Assembly: GCA_963789955.1 (NCBI GenBank)
Contig: CAWBMV010000006.1
Coordinates: forward strand, 224,001-288,000
Origin: an uncultured Candidatus Rokubacteria bacterium
GTDB taxonomy: Bacteria; Methylomirabilota; Methylomirabilia; Rokubacteriales; CSP1-6
Direction of reading: 5' to 3'
Length of the DNA: 64,000 nucleotides
Within the stretch, counting starts at the first letter, position 1, and each line of letters begins with the position of its first letter. The position numbers were made by a program, and so were the translations under genes. The notes beneath the pieces are model-generated. The model ran no database searches. It saw only the letters and a program-made list of their open reading frames with translations, and had not been told where the DNA came from. Positions 52,687 to 62,418 of this stretch are shown here, one piece after another.

Positions 52687-53459
52687 TCGGCCGGCTCCGC
52701 GCGTACGTCGTCGACGACGAGCCGGGCGCCTTGAAGCAGGTCGTGCAGAGCCTGAAGTCGACGGGGCGGGTCGACGTGGTCGGAACGGCGACGGCGGCGG
52801 AGACGGCGCTCATCGAGATTCCCGCGCTCGACGTCGAGACGCTCTTCCTCGACATCCACATGCCCGGGATGACCGGGTTCGAGCTGCTCCAGCGGCTGAC
52901 GGTGAGCCCGCTCGTGGTGTTCGTCACCGCCTTCGACGAGTATGCGTTGCAGGCGTTCGAGGCCGCCGCGGTCGACTATCTCCTGAAGCCCGTCAAGCGC
53001 GAGCGTGTCGAGCGCACGCTCGAACGCCTCGAGAGTCGGCGCGCCGATTCCAGCGCCGCCGGCGTGCAGGCCGTCCTGGAGCGCCTCGCGCGCCACTACC
53101 GCGACGCTCGCGTGCCGGCCTACGCCGACCGCATCAGCGTCGACCTCGGCCAACAGCGCACCCAGCTCGTGGAGACCGCCAAGATCACGCACTTCGTGGC
53201 GCAGGGAAAGGGCACCTTGGCCATGACGGCGACGGGCAGCCATCTCGTGGATCGCGCGCTCGGCGAGCTCGAGGAGCGGCTGGACCCGCGGCAGTTCGTT
53301 CGCATCCACCGGAGCGCCCTCGTCAACCTGGCCTGGGTCGGCGAGGTTCGTCCCGAGCTCGGCGGGCGGCTCGTGGTGCGGCTCAAGGACGCGGCCCAGA
53401 CGGAGCTTCAGGTGGCGCGCGACCGGGCTCGGGCGTTCAAAGAACGCCTGGTGCTGTAG
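52683..53459 (+). CDS. LytTR-family response regulator
   Basis: VVDDE, FLDI.MPG, FVTAFDEYA..AFE..AVDYLLKP, F.RIHRS.LVN. Confidence 0.95.
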   Translation: MIGRLRAYVVDDEPGALKQVVQSLKSTGRVDVVGTATAAETALIEIPALDVETLFLDIHMPGMTGFELLQRLTVSPLVVFVTAFDEYALQAFEAAAVDYLLKPVKRERVERTLERLESRRADSSAAGVQAVLERLARHYRDARVPAYADRISVDLGQQRTQLVETAKITHFVAQGKGTLAMTATGSHLVDRALGELEERLDPRQFVRIHRSALVNLAWVGEVRPELGGRLVVRLKDAAQTELQVARDRARAFKERLVL

Positions 53460-53566
53460 TATCGCGGCCCTCGCTGGACCCTAGTCGAGTATCCCCAGTA
53501 CGACGCGACATGGGACGTTGACCAGGACGCCGTGCCATCCTAGGATGCCGGCTGCCGCCGGCCTAT

Positions 53567-53692
53567 TGGGAGGTCTTCGAGGGGAAGGTCCTCAAGGCGC
53601 TGGAGCTCATCAAGCCGGGCGACGAGCTGCGCGTGACCGTCTTCCGCAACGACAGGGTTGTGGAGCTCACGACGAAATTTACCGGCTTCTAG
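53567..53692 (+). pseudogene. Orphan 3' fragment of a PDZ/HtrA-like gene
   Basis: WEVFEGKVLKALELIKPGDELRVTVFRNDRVVELTTKFTGF*; no in-frame ATG/GTG/TTG between TGA 53519 and the fragment. Confidence 0.55.
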
Positions 53693-53718
53693 CGTATCGC
53701 CGGCCGAGCTGGCGCCCG

Positions 53719-54762
53719 CTACTGGCTCGTGCCCGTGAGCTCGATGACCTTGCCGGCCCGAAGCACGCTCATCTTGATCGTGGAGCCCGGCGCCCCACCG
53801 GCCAACTTGTTGCGGATCTTCTCGATGCTCTCCTCGGACACCACGGGGATGTCGTCGACGGAGAGGATGATGTCGCCGCCGACGGGAATCTCCTTCCCTC
53901 CGATTGTCAGGACCCCGTCGGCTCCCTGCAGGCCCATGTTCCACGCCGTCGAGCCCTGAGCGACCGTCTTGACGAGAAACCCGGCGGGCGCGGGGACGTT
54001 GAAGACGCTCGCGAGACGGCCGGTGAGCAGCATGCCCTGGAGGGCGCCCCAGAACATCTTTCCAGGCACCAGGAGGCTTCGCGCGCTCTTGACCGTCACG
54101 ACGAAGCCCAGGCCTTCGCTGCCGCCCGACTTCGAGATGTTCTGGCTGACGATCGCGATGACCTCGCCCGCCATGTTGAACACGGGGCCGCCGGAGTTCC
54201 CCGTGTTGATCGTGGCCGTGGTCTGAAGGAACTCCGCCAGGGGCATATCGGGAAAGATCGTCTTGGGCGGCCAGCGTGCGCTGATCCAGCCCACGCTCAT
54301 CGAATAGGCGAGCCCGTAGGGCGCGCCGACGATCATGACCTGTTGGCCCACGCGCATCGCGTCGGAGTCGCCCATGCGCGCCACCCGCATGGCCTTGGTC
54401 ACGCGCTCGAGCTGTAAGAGCGCGACGTCGGCCGCCGAATCGGCCGCAAGGCGCGTCGCGCGTACGACCTCACCGGCGACGCCCTCCACAGTGATCTCGT
54501 CCATGCCGTTGACGACGTGTGCGGCCGTCATCACCCTGCCGTCGTTCGAGATCAGCACACCTGAGCCCGTCTCGTTGAAGCGGGTGATCCCCGCGGCGCC
54601 GACGTCGCGCCCCTTGGCGCGCACAACGACAACCGTCGGGCTGACCCGATTGAAGAGGTCATCCAGGCTCTGGCTCTGGGCAAAGGCCAAGGCGGCGGTG
54701 AAGGCCGGCAACGTGGCGACAACGAGCCACGCCGCGAGAAGCTTCCGCATCGGGCAACGCAT
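53719..54762 (-). CDS. HtrA/DegP-like trypsin-PDZ serine protease
   Basis: Signal peptide; GSGV, TAAHVV, DVALL, INTGNSGGP; PDZ GGDIILSVD. Confidence 0.93.
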   Translation of the reverse strand: MRCPMRKLLAAWLVVATLPAFTAALAFAQSQSLDDLFNRVSPTVVVVRAKGRDVGAAGITRFNETGSGVLISNDGRVMTAAHVVNGMDEITVEGVAGEVVRATRLAADSAADVALLQLERVTKAMRVARMGDSDAMRVGQQVMIVGAPYGLAYSMSVGWISARWPPKTIFPDMPLAEFLQTTATINTGNSGGPVFNMAGEVIAIVSQNISKSGGSEGLGFVVTVKSARSLLVPGKMFWGALQGMLLTGRLASVFNVPAPAGFLVKTVAQGSTAWNMGLQGADGVLTIGGKEIPVGGDIILSVDDIPVVSEESIEKIRNKLAGGAPGSTIKMSVLRAGKVIELTGTSQ

Positions 54763-54809
54763 CGCTGGAATATACCGCGGTCCCGTTCGTCGCGGCGTAT
54801 CGAGCTCGT

Positions 54810-55226
54810 TCAGAGTGGCGGAGGCCCTGACTTCCTGGCCGCTCGCCACTCGGCGACGATCGTGTCGGCCTCGAGCGGGGCCAGGCGAGTTGGGGGGCCT
54901 TCGCCTGCGCGCGCGTTCACCCGGGCGATCTCGGCGTTGAGCGCGCGGATTCGCTCGCGGACGGCGGCTTCGTCGGAAAGCTTCCAGATCCGCTCGATTT
55001 CGGCCTCGACCTTGCGCAAGAGCTCGAGGGACAGCGGCAGCATCGAAATCTTCTCACGCTGCACGAGCTTCTTCACCCACCAGTCCGGATCGTAGCTCTC
55101 GCCCAGGTCAGGCAGCGGCTTGCCCGCGCCGGGAAGGTTGTCGAACGCGCCTTCTTCGCGGGCGAGCCGGATCAGCTCCTCGCGCCACGAGTCCCAGCTC
55201 TTGCCGGCAGGTTTGCGCTCGGTCAC
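54810..55226 (-). CDS. DUF1992 domain protein
   Basis: MTERKP....W...I..A.EEGAFDNLPGAGKPL......DPDWW.K..RE; TTGACA-17-TTTGAT-6-GTG leaderless promoter. Confidence 0.88.
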   Translation of the reverse strand: MTERKPAGKSWDSWREELIRLAREEGAFDNLPGAGKPLPDLGESYDPDWWVKKLVQREKISMLPLSLELLRKVEAEIERIWKLSDEAAVRERIRALNAEIARVNARAGEGPPTRLAPLEADTIVAEWRAARKSGPPPL

Positions 55227-55310
55227 ACCGCTATCAAACGAACGCGCCGGACCAATGTCAAGAAGCAGCCTCGTACGAGTGGTATTCTTGCCGCCCGAAG
55301 GAGACAACCC

Positions 55311-56246
55311 ATGGCCACCAATCTCGCCGTCGTCGTCGATCCGGATGCGCCGGGTCGGCTCGTCATCCGTCCCGTGCCCGAGCCCACGGCCGATCGGGAC
55401 GAAGCGGTCGTGCGCGTCCACGCGATCTCGCTCAACCGCGGTGAGGTTCGCCGCTCGGGCATGGCCGCCGCCGGCTGGCGACCCGGCTGGGACCTCGCCG
55501 GTGTCGTCGAGCGCGCCGCGGCGGACGGGCAAGGCCCGGCGGTCGGGACGCGCGTGGTCGGATTCCTCAGCGAAGGCGCATGGGCCCAGCGAGTGGTCGT
55601 GCCTCGAAACGCGCTGGCCGAGCTGCCCGACAAGGTGACCTTCCCGCAGGCCGCCACGTTCCCGGTGGCGGGGCTCACGGCGCTCCAGGCGCTCGGCAAG
55701 GGCGGGCCGCTCCTCGGCAAGCGCGTGCTGGTGACCGGCGCGACGGGCGGCGTCGGCGACTTCGCGGTCCAGCTGGCGAGGCTGGCCGGTGCGCACGTGA
55801 CGGCCGGCGTGCGGCGGGCCGACCAGGTGCCGACGGTGCGCGAGCTCGGCGCCCACGACGTGGTCGTCGGTGACACGATCGCTGCCTCGCCGAAGTACGA
55901 CGTGATCATCGAATCGGTCGGCGGAAAGACCCTCGGCACCGCACTGGCCGCGCTCCAGCGCGGCGGCGTGTGCGTGACGCTCGGCGTGTCCGCCTCGTCC
56001 GAGGTCACGTTCGACGCGCGGGACTTCTTCGTCACCGGGCGGTCGACGCTCTACGGCTTCTACCTCTTCACCGAATTCGTGGGCGAGCCGGCCTCCGTCG
56101 GCCTGCGCCGGCTGGCCGACCTCGTCGCCGCCGGGCAGCTCTCGCCGCACATCAGCCTGGAACGGCCGTGGAAGGAGATCGCGCAGGTGGCGCAGGACCT
56201 GATGGCCCGCAGGTTTCCCGGCAAGGCCGTGCTCATCGTGGACTGA
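55311..56246 (+). CDS. MDR-family (quinone oxidoreductase-like) dehydrogenase
   Basis: V.AISLNRGE, PGWD.AG.V, AA.FPVAGLTA, VLVTGATGGVG, GKAVL. Confidence 0.9.
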   Translation: MATNLAVVVDPDAPGRLVIRPVPEPTADRDEAVVRVHAISLNRGEVRRSGMAAAGWRPGWDLAGVVERAAADGQGPAVGTRVVGFLSEGAWAQRVVVPRNALAELPDKVTFPQAATFPVAGLTALQALGKGGPLLGKRVLVTGATGGVGDFAVQLARLAGAHVTAGVRRADQVPTVRELGAHDVVVGDTIAASPKYDVIIESVGGKTLGTALAALQRGGVCVTLGVSASSEVTFDARDFFVTGRSTLYGFYLFTEFVGEPASVGLRRLADLVAAGQLSPHISLERPWKEIAQVAQDLMARRFPGKAVLIVD

Positions 56247-56255
56247 GAGGATCTC

Positions 56256-57041
56256 ATGTTCGACTTCAAGGGCCACTCGGTCCTCGTCACGGGTGCGGGC
56301 GCGGGCATCGGTCTCGGCATCGCGCAGGCGTTTCACCAGGCCGGCGCACGCGTCGCGCTCGGCGATCTGCGCGAGGCCGGGCTGAAGCGAGCCGCCGAGG
56401 TCATCGGGCGCTCGGATCGCGTGTTCTCGAAGACGGTCGACGTTCGCGATGGCAAATCGGTCGCCGACTTCGTGCAGGCGGCGGAGCGCGAGATCGGGCC
56501 GTTGACCGTCGGCGTCGCCAACGCCGGGGTCTATCCGAACAGCCCGGTCCTCGACATGACGGTCGAGGAGTGGGACCGCGTGATCGAGACGAACATGCGC
56601 GGCGTGTTCCATACCTGCCAGGCGGTGGCCCGGCGCATGGTCGCCCAGGGAACGCCGGGCAAGCTGATCACGATCTCGTCGGGCGCCTACAACAGCGGCC
56701 GCAAGGGCGCCGCGCACTACTGCGCCTCGAAGGCCGGCGTCGTGATGTTCACCAAGGTGCTGGCGATGGAGCTCGGACCGCATCAGATCAACGTCAACTG
56801 CATCGCGCCGGGCCTGATCACCGTCGACCGGAATCTGAACGAGGTGTCGGACGAGTACGTGAAGACCCTGGTCGGCACGATCCCGTGGGGCCGGCCCGGA
56901 TCGCCCGAGGACATCGCCCGCGCGGCGTTGTTCCTGGCCTCGCCGTTCGCGGAGTTCATCACCGGTGAAGTGCTAAGTGTGGACGGCGGCAGCGGAACCG
57001 GCCGGACGTACCTGCCGTACAGCGGGACGACCAAGCGCTGA
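56256..57041 (+). CDS. Classical SDR oxidoreductase
   Basis: TGAGAGIG, NAG, YCASK, VN.IAPG, ITG..L.VDGG. Confidence 0.93.
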   Translation: MFDFKGHSVLVTGAGAGIGLGIAQAFHQAGARVALGDLREAGLKRAAEVIGRSDRVFSKTVDVRDGKSVADFVQAAEREIGPLTVGVANAGVYPNSPVLDMTVEEWDRVIETNMRGVFHTCQAVARRMVAQGTPGKLITISSGAYNSGRKGAAHYCASKAGVVMFTKVLAMELGPHQINVNCIAPGLITVDRNLNEVSDEYVKTLVGTIPWGRPGSPEDIARAALFLASPFAEFITGEVLSVDGGSGTGRTYLPYSGTTKR

Positions 57042-57045
57042 GGGG

Positions 57046-57914
57046 TCAGACCTTCAGGCGCGGGATCGAGCACGTCGCGAAGCCCGTCGCCGAGCAGGTT
57101 CATCGCGAGCACCGTCAGCATGATGCCGAGGCCGGGTACCGTCGAGATCCACCAGGCCTCGCGCAGGTAGTCGCGCCCCTCGCTCAGCATCCGCCCCCAC
57201 TCCGGCTGCGGCGGCTGGCTGCCGAGCCCGAGAAAGCTGAGCGCCGCGGCCGAGAGGATCGCGGTGCCCAGACCGAGCGTGCCCGTGACGATGAGCGGCG
57301 CGACGACATTCGGCAGGATGTAGCGGGAGACGATCGACAGATCGCGGCTGCCGAGCGCCCGCGCGGCTTCCACGTAGAGCTGCTCCCGGGCCGAGAGCAC
57401 GCTGGCCCGGACGAGCCGGGCGTAGTTCGGCACCGCCGACAGGCCCACCGCGATCATGACGTTGTTCAGACCGGGGCTCAGCACGCTCACGATCGCCAGA
57501 GCGAGCAGGATGCCCGGGAACGCGAGCAGGACGTCCACGACGCGCATCACGAACCCGTCGACCCGCCCGCCGTAGTAGCCCGACATCAGCCCGACGGGCG
57601 TCCCGAGCCCGACCGCGATCGAGACCGAGATGAGACCGACCGTCAGCGACGAGCCGGGCGCCGTGCAGCGCGCGGCTCGCGACGTCGCGGCCGTACTGGT
57701 CGCTTCCGAGCAGAAACCGCGGTCCCGGCGCCTGAAGCGCCTCGCGCGGGGACGTCTTGATCGGATCGCGCGGGCTGAGCCACGGGGCCGCCAGGGCCAT
57801 CAGCGCGAGCGCCGCCAGGATGGCGAGGCCGAGCACGGCGCCCCGCTGGCGCAGCAGGCGCCGGAGCGCGCCGCGGCGGCTACCCGAAGCGGATTCGGGG
57901 GTCGACGAAGGCAT
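57046..57914 (-). CDS. Dpp/Opp-type ABC permease C (indels near 57650 and 57065)
   Basis: LGSDQYGRD, EAARALG, ILPNV..P, LSFLGLG.QPP.PEWG.ML, NLLGDGLRD.LDP. Confidence 0.9.
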
Positions 57915-58803
57915 AGGTGATGTCGACGAGGACGTTGATCAGCACGTAGGCCGTCGCGACGAACAGCACGGTGCCCTGCACGAGCGGAAAGTCCTTGGAG
58001 AGAATTCCGCCGACGATGAGCCGGCCGAGGCCCGGCCGGCTGAAGACGGTCTCGACGATCACGGCACCGGCCAGTAGATTGCCGAACTGCAGGCCGAAGA
58101 TCGTGATCACCGGGATCAGCGCGTTCTTCAGCGCGTGCCGCACCACGACCCCCCACCACGCCAGTCCCTTGGCCCGCGCGGTGCGCACGTAGTCCTGGCC
58201 GAGGACCTCGAGCATGCTCGAGCGCGTGAGGCGCGCGATGATGGCCGAGGCGATCATCCCGAGCGTGACGGCCGGCAGCACGAGGTGCCAGAGATCGCCG
58301 CCGCCCGTGGCGGGGAACCAGCCCAGGTGCAGCGAGAACGTGACGATCATCAGAAGGCCGAGCCAGAAGCTCGGCATCGACACGCCGAGCAGGGCCACGA
58401 TCATCGAGCCCGCGTCGAACCAGGAGCTGCGGAACAGCGCCGCCATGAGCCCGAGCGGCACGCCGATCGCCACGGCCACCGCCATGCTCGCCACGGCGAG
58501 CTGCGCGGTGCTCCCGACGTTCTCGCCGATCTCGGTCGAGACGGCGCGGCGGCTCCGGATCGAGGTGCCGAGATCGCCGCGCGCGGCGTTGGCCACGAAG
58601 CGTCCGTACTGCTTCAGGATCGGCTCGTCGAGGTGGAGCTGCGCCCGCATCTGGGCGACCTGATCCGGCGTGGTGACGAACTCGGCGAGCATGATCTTGA
58701 CCGGGTCGCCCGGGACCAGGAACAGCATGCTGAAGACGGCGAGGGTCACCCCGAATAGCACGGGGACCACGGCCAGCAGCCGCCGGGCGAGGTACGTCAG
58801 CAC
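57880..58803 (-). CDS. Dpp/Opp-type ABC permease B
   Basis: PGDP, GDLG.S, SMPSFWLG, RSSMLEVL.QDYVRTARAKG, DPRI. Confidence 0.94.
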   Translation of the reverse strand: MLTYLARRLLAVVPVLFGVTLAVFSMLFLVPGDPVKIMLAEFVTTPDQVAQMRAQLHLDEPILKQYGRFVANAARGDLGTSIRSRRAVSTEIGENVGSTAQLAVASMAVAVAIGVPLGLMAALFRSSWFDAGSMIVALLGVSMPSFWLGLLMIVTFSLHLGWFPATGGGDLWHLVLPAVTLGMIASAIIARLTRSSMLEVLGQDYVRTARAKGLAWWGVVVRHALKNALIPVITIFGLQFGNLLAGAVIVETVFSRPGLGRLIVGGILSKDFPLVQGTVLFVATAYVLINVLVDITYAFVDPRIRFG

Positions 58804-58823
58804 GCCGGGGCGGAGCTCACGCG

Positions 58824-60425
58824 CTACCGGCGGATCGTGACGTCGCTCAGGACCGGATAGGCGTTGAAGTTATACTTCGCGCCCTGCACGTTCGCGCGGT
58901 ACGCCCACACCGAGAGATCGTCGAGGAGCGGCACCGTCAGGGCTTCGTCGACCGCGAGCTTCTCGATCGCCAGGTAGAGCGCCCGCCGCTTCGCCGGATC
59001 GAACTCGCGCCGCCCCTGCTCGAGCATCTGGTCGAGCTTGGCGTTCTTCACGCACGACCAGTTGAAGTTGCCGCCGACCATCGAGGAGTGGAACAGCGCG
59101 AACAGCCCGTCGGGGTCGATCGACCGCAGGAACATGACGGGGCCGTGGGTCGCGCAGCGATAGTTGTCCTCGTACCAGGGCGGCCGCGCCTGGGTCTTGA
59201 GCTTCACCTCGATGCCGACCTCGTGGAGCGAGGACTGGATGAGCTGCACGGCCGGCTCGGGGCCGCCGCCGTAGTCGATCGCGTTCAGGATGATCTCGAG
59301 CCGCTGGCCGCCCTTCGTCCTGATGCCGTCGCTGCCCGGCTGCCATCCCGCCTCGGCGAGCAGCGCGCCGGCCTTCGCCGCATCGAACGGATAGGCCTGG
59401 CGAAGCGCCGGGTCGTCGAGCATCACGGCCGTGAGCGGCGCGAACGCCTTGAGCGCGATGCCCTTGGCGACCGTCGCCAGCAGCGCGTCCTTGTCGACCG
59501 CGTAGTTGATCGCTCGCCGCACCCGCACGTCGTCGAGCGGCGGCTTGGTCGTGTTCAGGAGCCAGATGCGCGGCGCGCCGGGCCACGGAATCTTCTCGAC
59601 GCGGAGACCGCTGTTCTTTTCGAGTCGGGGCAGGGACTGCGCCGGGATCGCATAGATCGCCTGGGTCTCGCCGCTCTCGAGCGTCGTCACGCGAGTGCCC
59701 GCCTCCGGCACGAACTTCCAGACGATGCTGTCGAGGTACGCCGGCCCGCTCCGGTCGCTCCACGGCGCCTTCCGCGAGTAGGCGGGGTTGCGGACGATCG
59801 TCGTGTGGTCCTTCGCGACGTATTCAGTGACCATGAACGGCCCGGTGCCGACCGGACGCGTGTGCACCTGATCGCCGGTCTCGCGCACGGCCTTGGGCGA
59901 CACGATCGAGAGCGGGCCGGACGCCACCAGATTCAGAAACGGCGCGAAGGGCGCCTCGAAGTTCACCTGCAGGGTGTACTCGTCGAGCACCTTCGAGCCC
60001 GCGTAGGTCGTGAGCGCGGCGCGGGCGCCGCCGGCCTTGAACTTCGGATCGACGATCCGGTCGAAGTTGAACTTGACCGCCTCGGCGTTGAACGGCGTGC
60101 CGTCGTGGAACTTGACGTCGCGGCGGAGCTTGAACGTGACGCTGCGCCCGTCGCGGGCGCTCTGCCAGGACTCGGCGAGCCAGGGCACGAGCTTGCCGTC
60201 CGGTCCCCGGTAAAGCAGGTTCTCGGTGACCGAGCCGATGATCTGGTAGGTCACCGCCGACGGCGAGGCGTGCGGATCGAGCGTCGGCGGCTCCTGATCG
60301 AGGCCGATCACGAGCGTGCCGCCGCTCTGGGCCAGGGCAATCGGAGCGATGGCGCCGATGACGGCGAACGTCAGCAGCGCGGTGACGGCGATCCCGAGGG
60401 GGCGGAGCGAACGGTCTGTGCGCAT
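58824..60425 (-). CDS. Family 5 ABC substrate-binding protein
   Basis: EP.TLDP, PWLAESW, FKLR.DVKFHDG.PF.AEAVK, PVGTGPF, D.RVRRAI..A.D. Confidence 0.93.
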   Translation of the reverse strand: MRTDRSLRPLGIAVTALLTFAVIGAIAPIALAQSGGTLVIGLDQEPPTLDPHASPSAVTYQIIGSVTENLLYRGPDGKLVPWLAESWQSARDGRSVTFKLRRDVKFHDGTPFNAEAVKFNFDRIVDPKFKAGGARAALTTYAGSKVLDEYTLQVNFEAPFAPFLNLVASGPLSIVSPKAVRETGDQVHTRPVGTGPFMVTEYVAKDHTTIVRNPAYSRKAPWSDRSGPAYLDSIVWKFVPEAGTRVTTLESGETQAIYAIPAQSLPRLEKNSGLRVEKIPWPGAPRIWLLNTTKPPLDDVRVRRAINYAVDKDALLATVAKGIALKAFAPLTAVMLDDPALRQAYPFDAAKAGALLAEAGWQPGSDGIRTKGGQRLEIILNAIDYGGGPEPAVQLIQSSLHEVGIEVKLKTQARPPWYEDNYRCATHGPVMFLRSIDPDGLFALFHSSMVGGNFNWSCVKNAKLDQMLEQGRREFDPAKRRALYLAIEKLAVDEALTVPLLDDLSVWAYRANVQGAKYNFNAYPVLSDVTIRR

Positions 60426-60525
60426 GGTGGCCAATCCTGTCTTGCGACCCCCGCCGGCGTCAAGCCCTGGTTACTCCTTGACGGCGGCTCCGTCGGCCGG
60501 GCAGCATTCGCCCGAGGGTGATGAG

Positions 60526-62320
60526 ATGACAGACGAGCGAGAGCTGACCGAGCGGCTCGAGCGTGTGCGGCGCGGCTCCCTCGGCCGCCGAGAATTCGCC
60601 CGCGGCCTTCTGGCGCTCGGGCTCGCGCCTCCGCTGATCGCCGAGCTGCTTCGCTCGCGCGGCATCGCGCAGGCCCAGGCCAAGCGAGCGACCTTCAGCC
60701 CGACGCAAGCGCGGCGGCGGGGGTGACCTCAAGCTGCTCTGGTGGCAGGCGCCGACCATTCTCAACCCGCACCTGGCGGTCGGCGTGAAGGACGGCGACG
60801 GCTCGCGCCTCTTCTACGAGCCGCTCGTGTCGTTCGATCCCGACGGCAACTTCGTGCCGGTGCTGGCCGTCGAGGTGCCGACCGTGCAGAACGGCATGGT
60901 CGCGCGCGACGGCCTCTCGGTGACCGTCAGGCTGAAGAAGGGCGTGCACTGGCACGACGGCAAGCCGTTCACGGCCGACGACGTCGTCTTCACCTGGGAG
61001 TACGCGGCGGACCCGGCCACCCTGGCGGTGTCGGCCGGCTCGTTCCAGAGCATCGCCCGGGTCGACAAGCTCGACACGCACACGGTCAAGATCGTCTACA
61101 AGACGCCGACTCCCTTCTGGGCGAGCGCCTTTCGTGGCGTCATCGCCCAGGCACGTCTTCGAGCGCTTCAAGGGGGGAAAATCGCGCGAGGCCCCGGCCA
61201 ACCTCAAGCCCGTCGGCACCGGACCCTACCGCATCGTCGACTTCAAGCCCGGCGACGTCGTGCGCGCGGAGATCTTCCCGGGCGTATCACGAGCCGAACT
61301 GGCCCTTCTTCGACCGTCTCGAGATGAAGGGCGGGGGCGACGCCGTCTCGGCCGCGCGCGCCGTCCTGCAGACGGGCGAATACGATTTCGCCTGGAACAT
61401 GCAGGTCGAAGACGAGCTGCTGCAGCGGATGGAGCGGGGCGGCAAGGGCAAGATCGAGATCGCCTGGGGCGGCGGCATCGAGCACATCGTCTGCAACTTC
61501 TCCGATCCGTGGCGTGAGGTCGACGGCGAGCGATCGAGCCTCAAAGCCCCGCATCCGTTCCTCACCGATCCGAGCGTCCGTTCGGCGCTCAGCCTCCTGG
61601 TCGACCGCGCGGCGATCCAGGAGCAGATCTACGGTCGTTTCGGCGCGGACCACCGCGAACTATCTGAACGCGCCGGAGATGTTCCGCTCCAAAAACACGC
61701 GCTGGGAGTTCAGCCTCGAGAAGGCGTCCAAGGTCCTCGACGACGCCGGGTGGCGGCGAGGGCCCGACGGGATCAGGACCAAGGACGGTAAGCGCCTGCG
61801 CATGCTCTTCCAGTCCTCGATCAACGCGTCGCGCCAGCGGACCCAGGCCATCGTCAAGCAGGCGTCCGCGAAAGTCGGGATCGAGATGGAGCTGAAGTCG
61901 ATCGTGCCCGCCGTCTATTTCTCGGCGGACCCCGGGAACCCGGACACGGTGGCGCACTTCTCGGCCGATCTGCAGATGTACAGCTTCAACGCCAACTCGC
62001 CCGACCCGCAGCGATTCATGGACCCGTTCGTGTCGTGGGAAATCGCGCAAAAGGCCAACAAGTGGGCGGGGCTCAACTCCACGCGCTGGCACGACGACGA
62101 ATACGACCGGCTCGCGCGGGCGGCGCGGTCCGAGATGGATGCGGTCAAGCGCGCGGCGGCGTACATCCAGATGAACGATCTGATCGCGCGGCACGTCGTG
62201 GTCATCCCGTTTCTGTGGCGCGGAAGCGCCGTCGCCGTCTCGAATCGCCTGCGCGGCACGGACATCAGCGGCTGGGACTCCGATTGCTGGAACATCGCGC
62301 ACTGGTACCGGGAGACGTAA
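60526..62320 (+). CDS. Family 5 ABC substrate-binding protein with Tat-like signal (several indels)
   Basis: LGRREF..GL twin-arginine; LLWWQAPT.LNPH, WHDGKPFTADDV, PVGTGPY; split over several frames. Confidence 0.88.
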
Positions 62321-62378
62321 GTAGTGCGCGCTGCAAGCCGTCGCGGGGCTGGGGCCCCGCCGGCTGAGGCGCGCCTAC
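62321..62378. repeat. Imperfect GTAG..CTAC-bounded hairpin (terminator or REP-like)
   Basis: GTAG-GCGCGC..AGCCG..GCGGGG pairs with CCCCGC-CGGCT..GCGCGC-CTAC, immediately after the stop codon. Confidence 0.5.
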
Positions 62379-62418
62379 AAACGAGGTATCTTAGGGCCCA
62401 CTCGGGAGGGACCTGACC

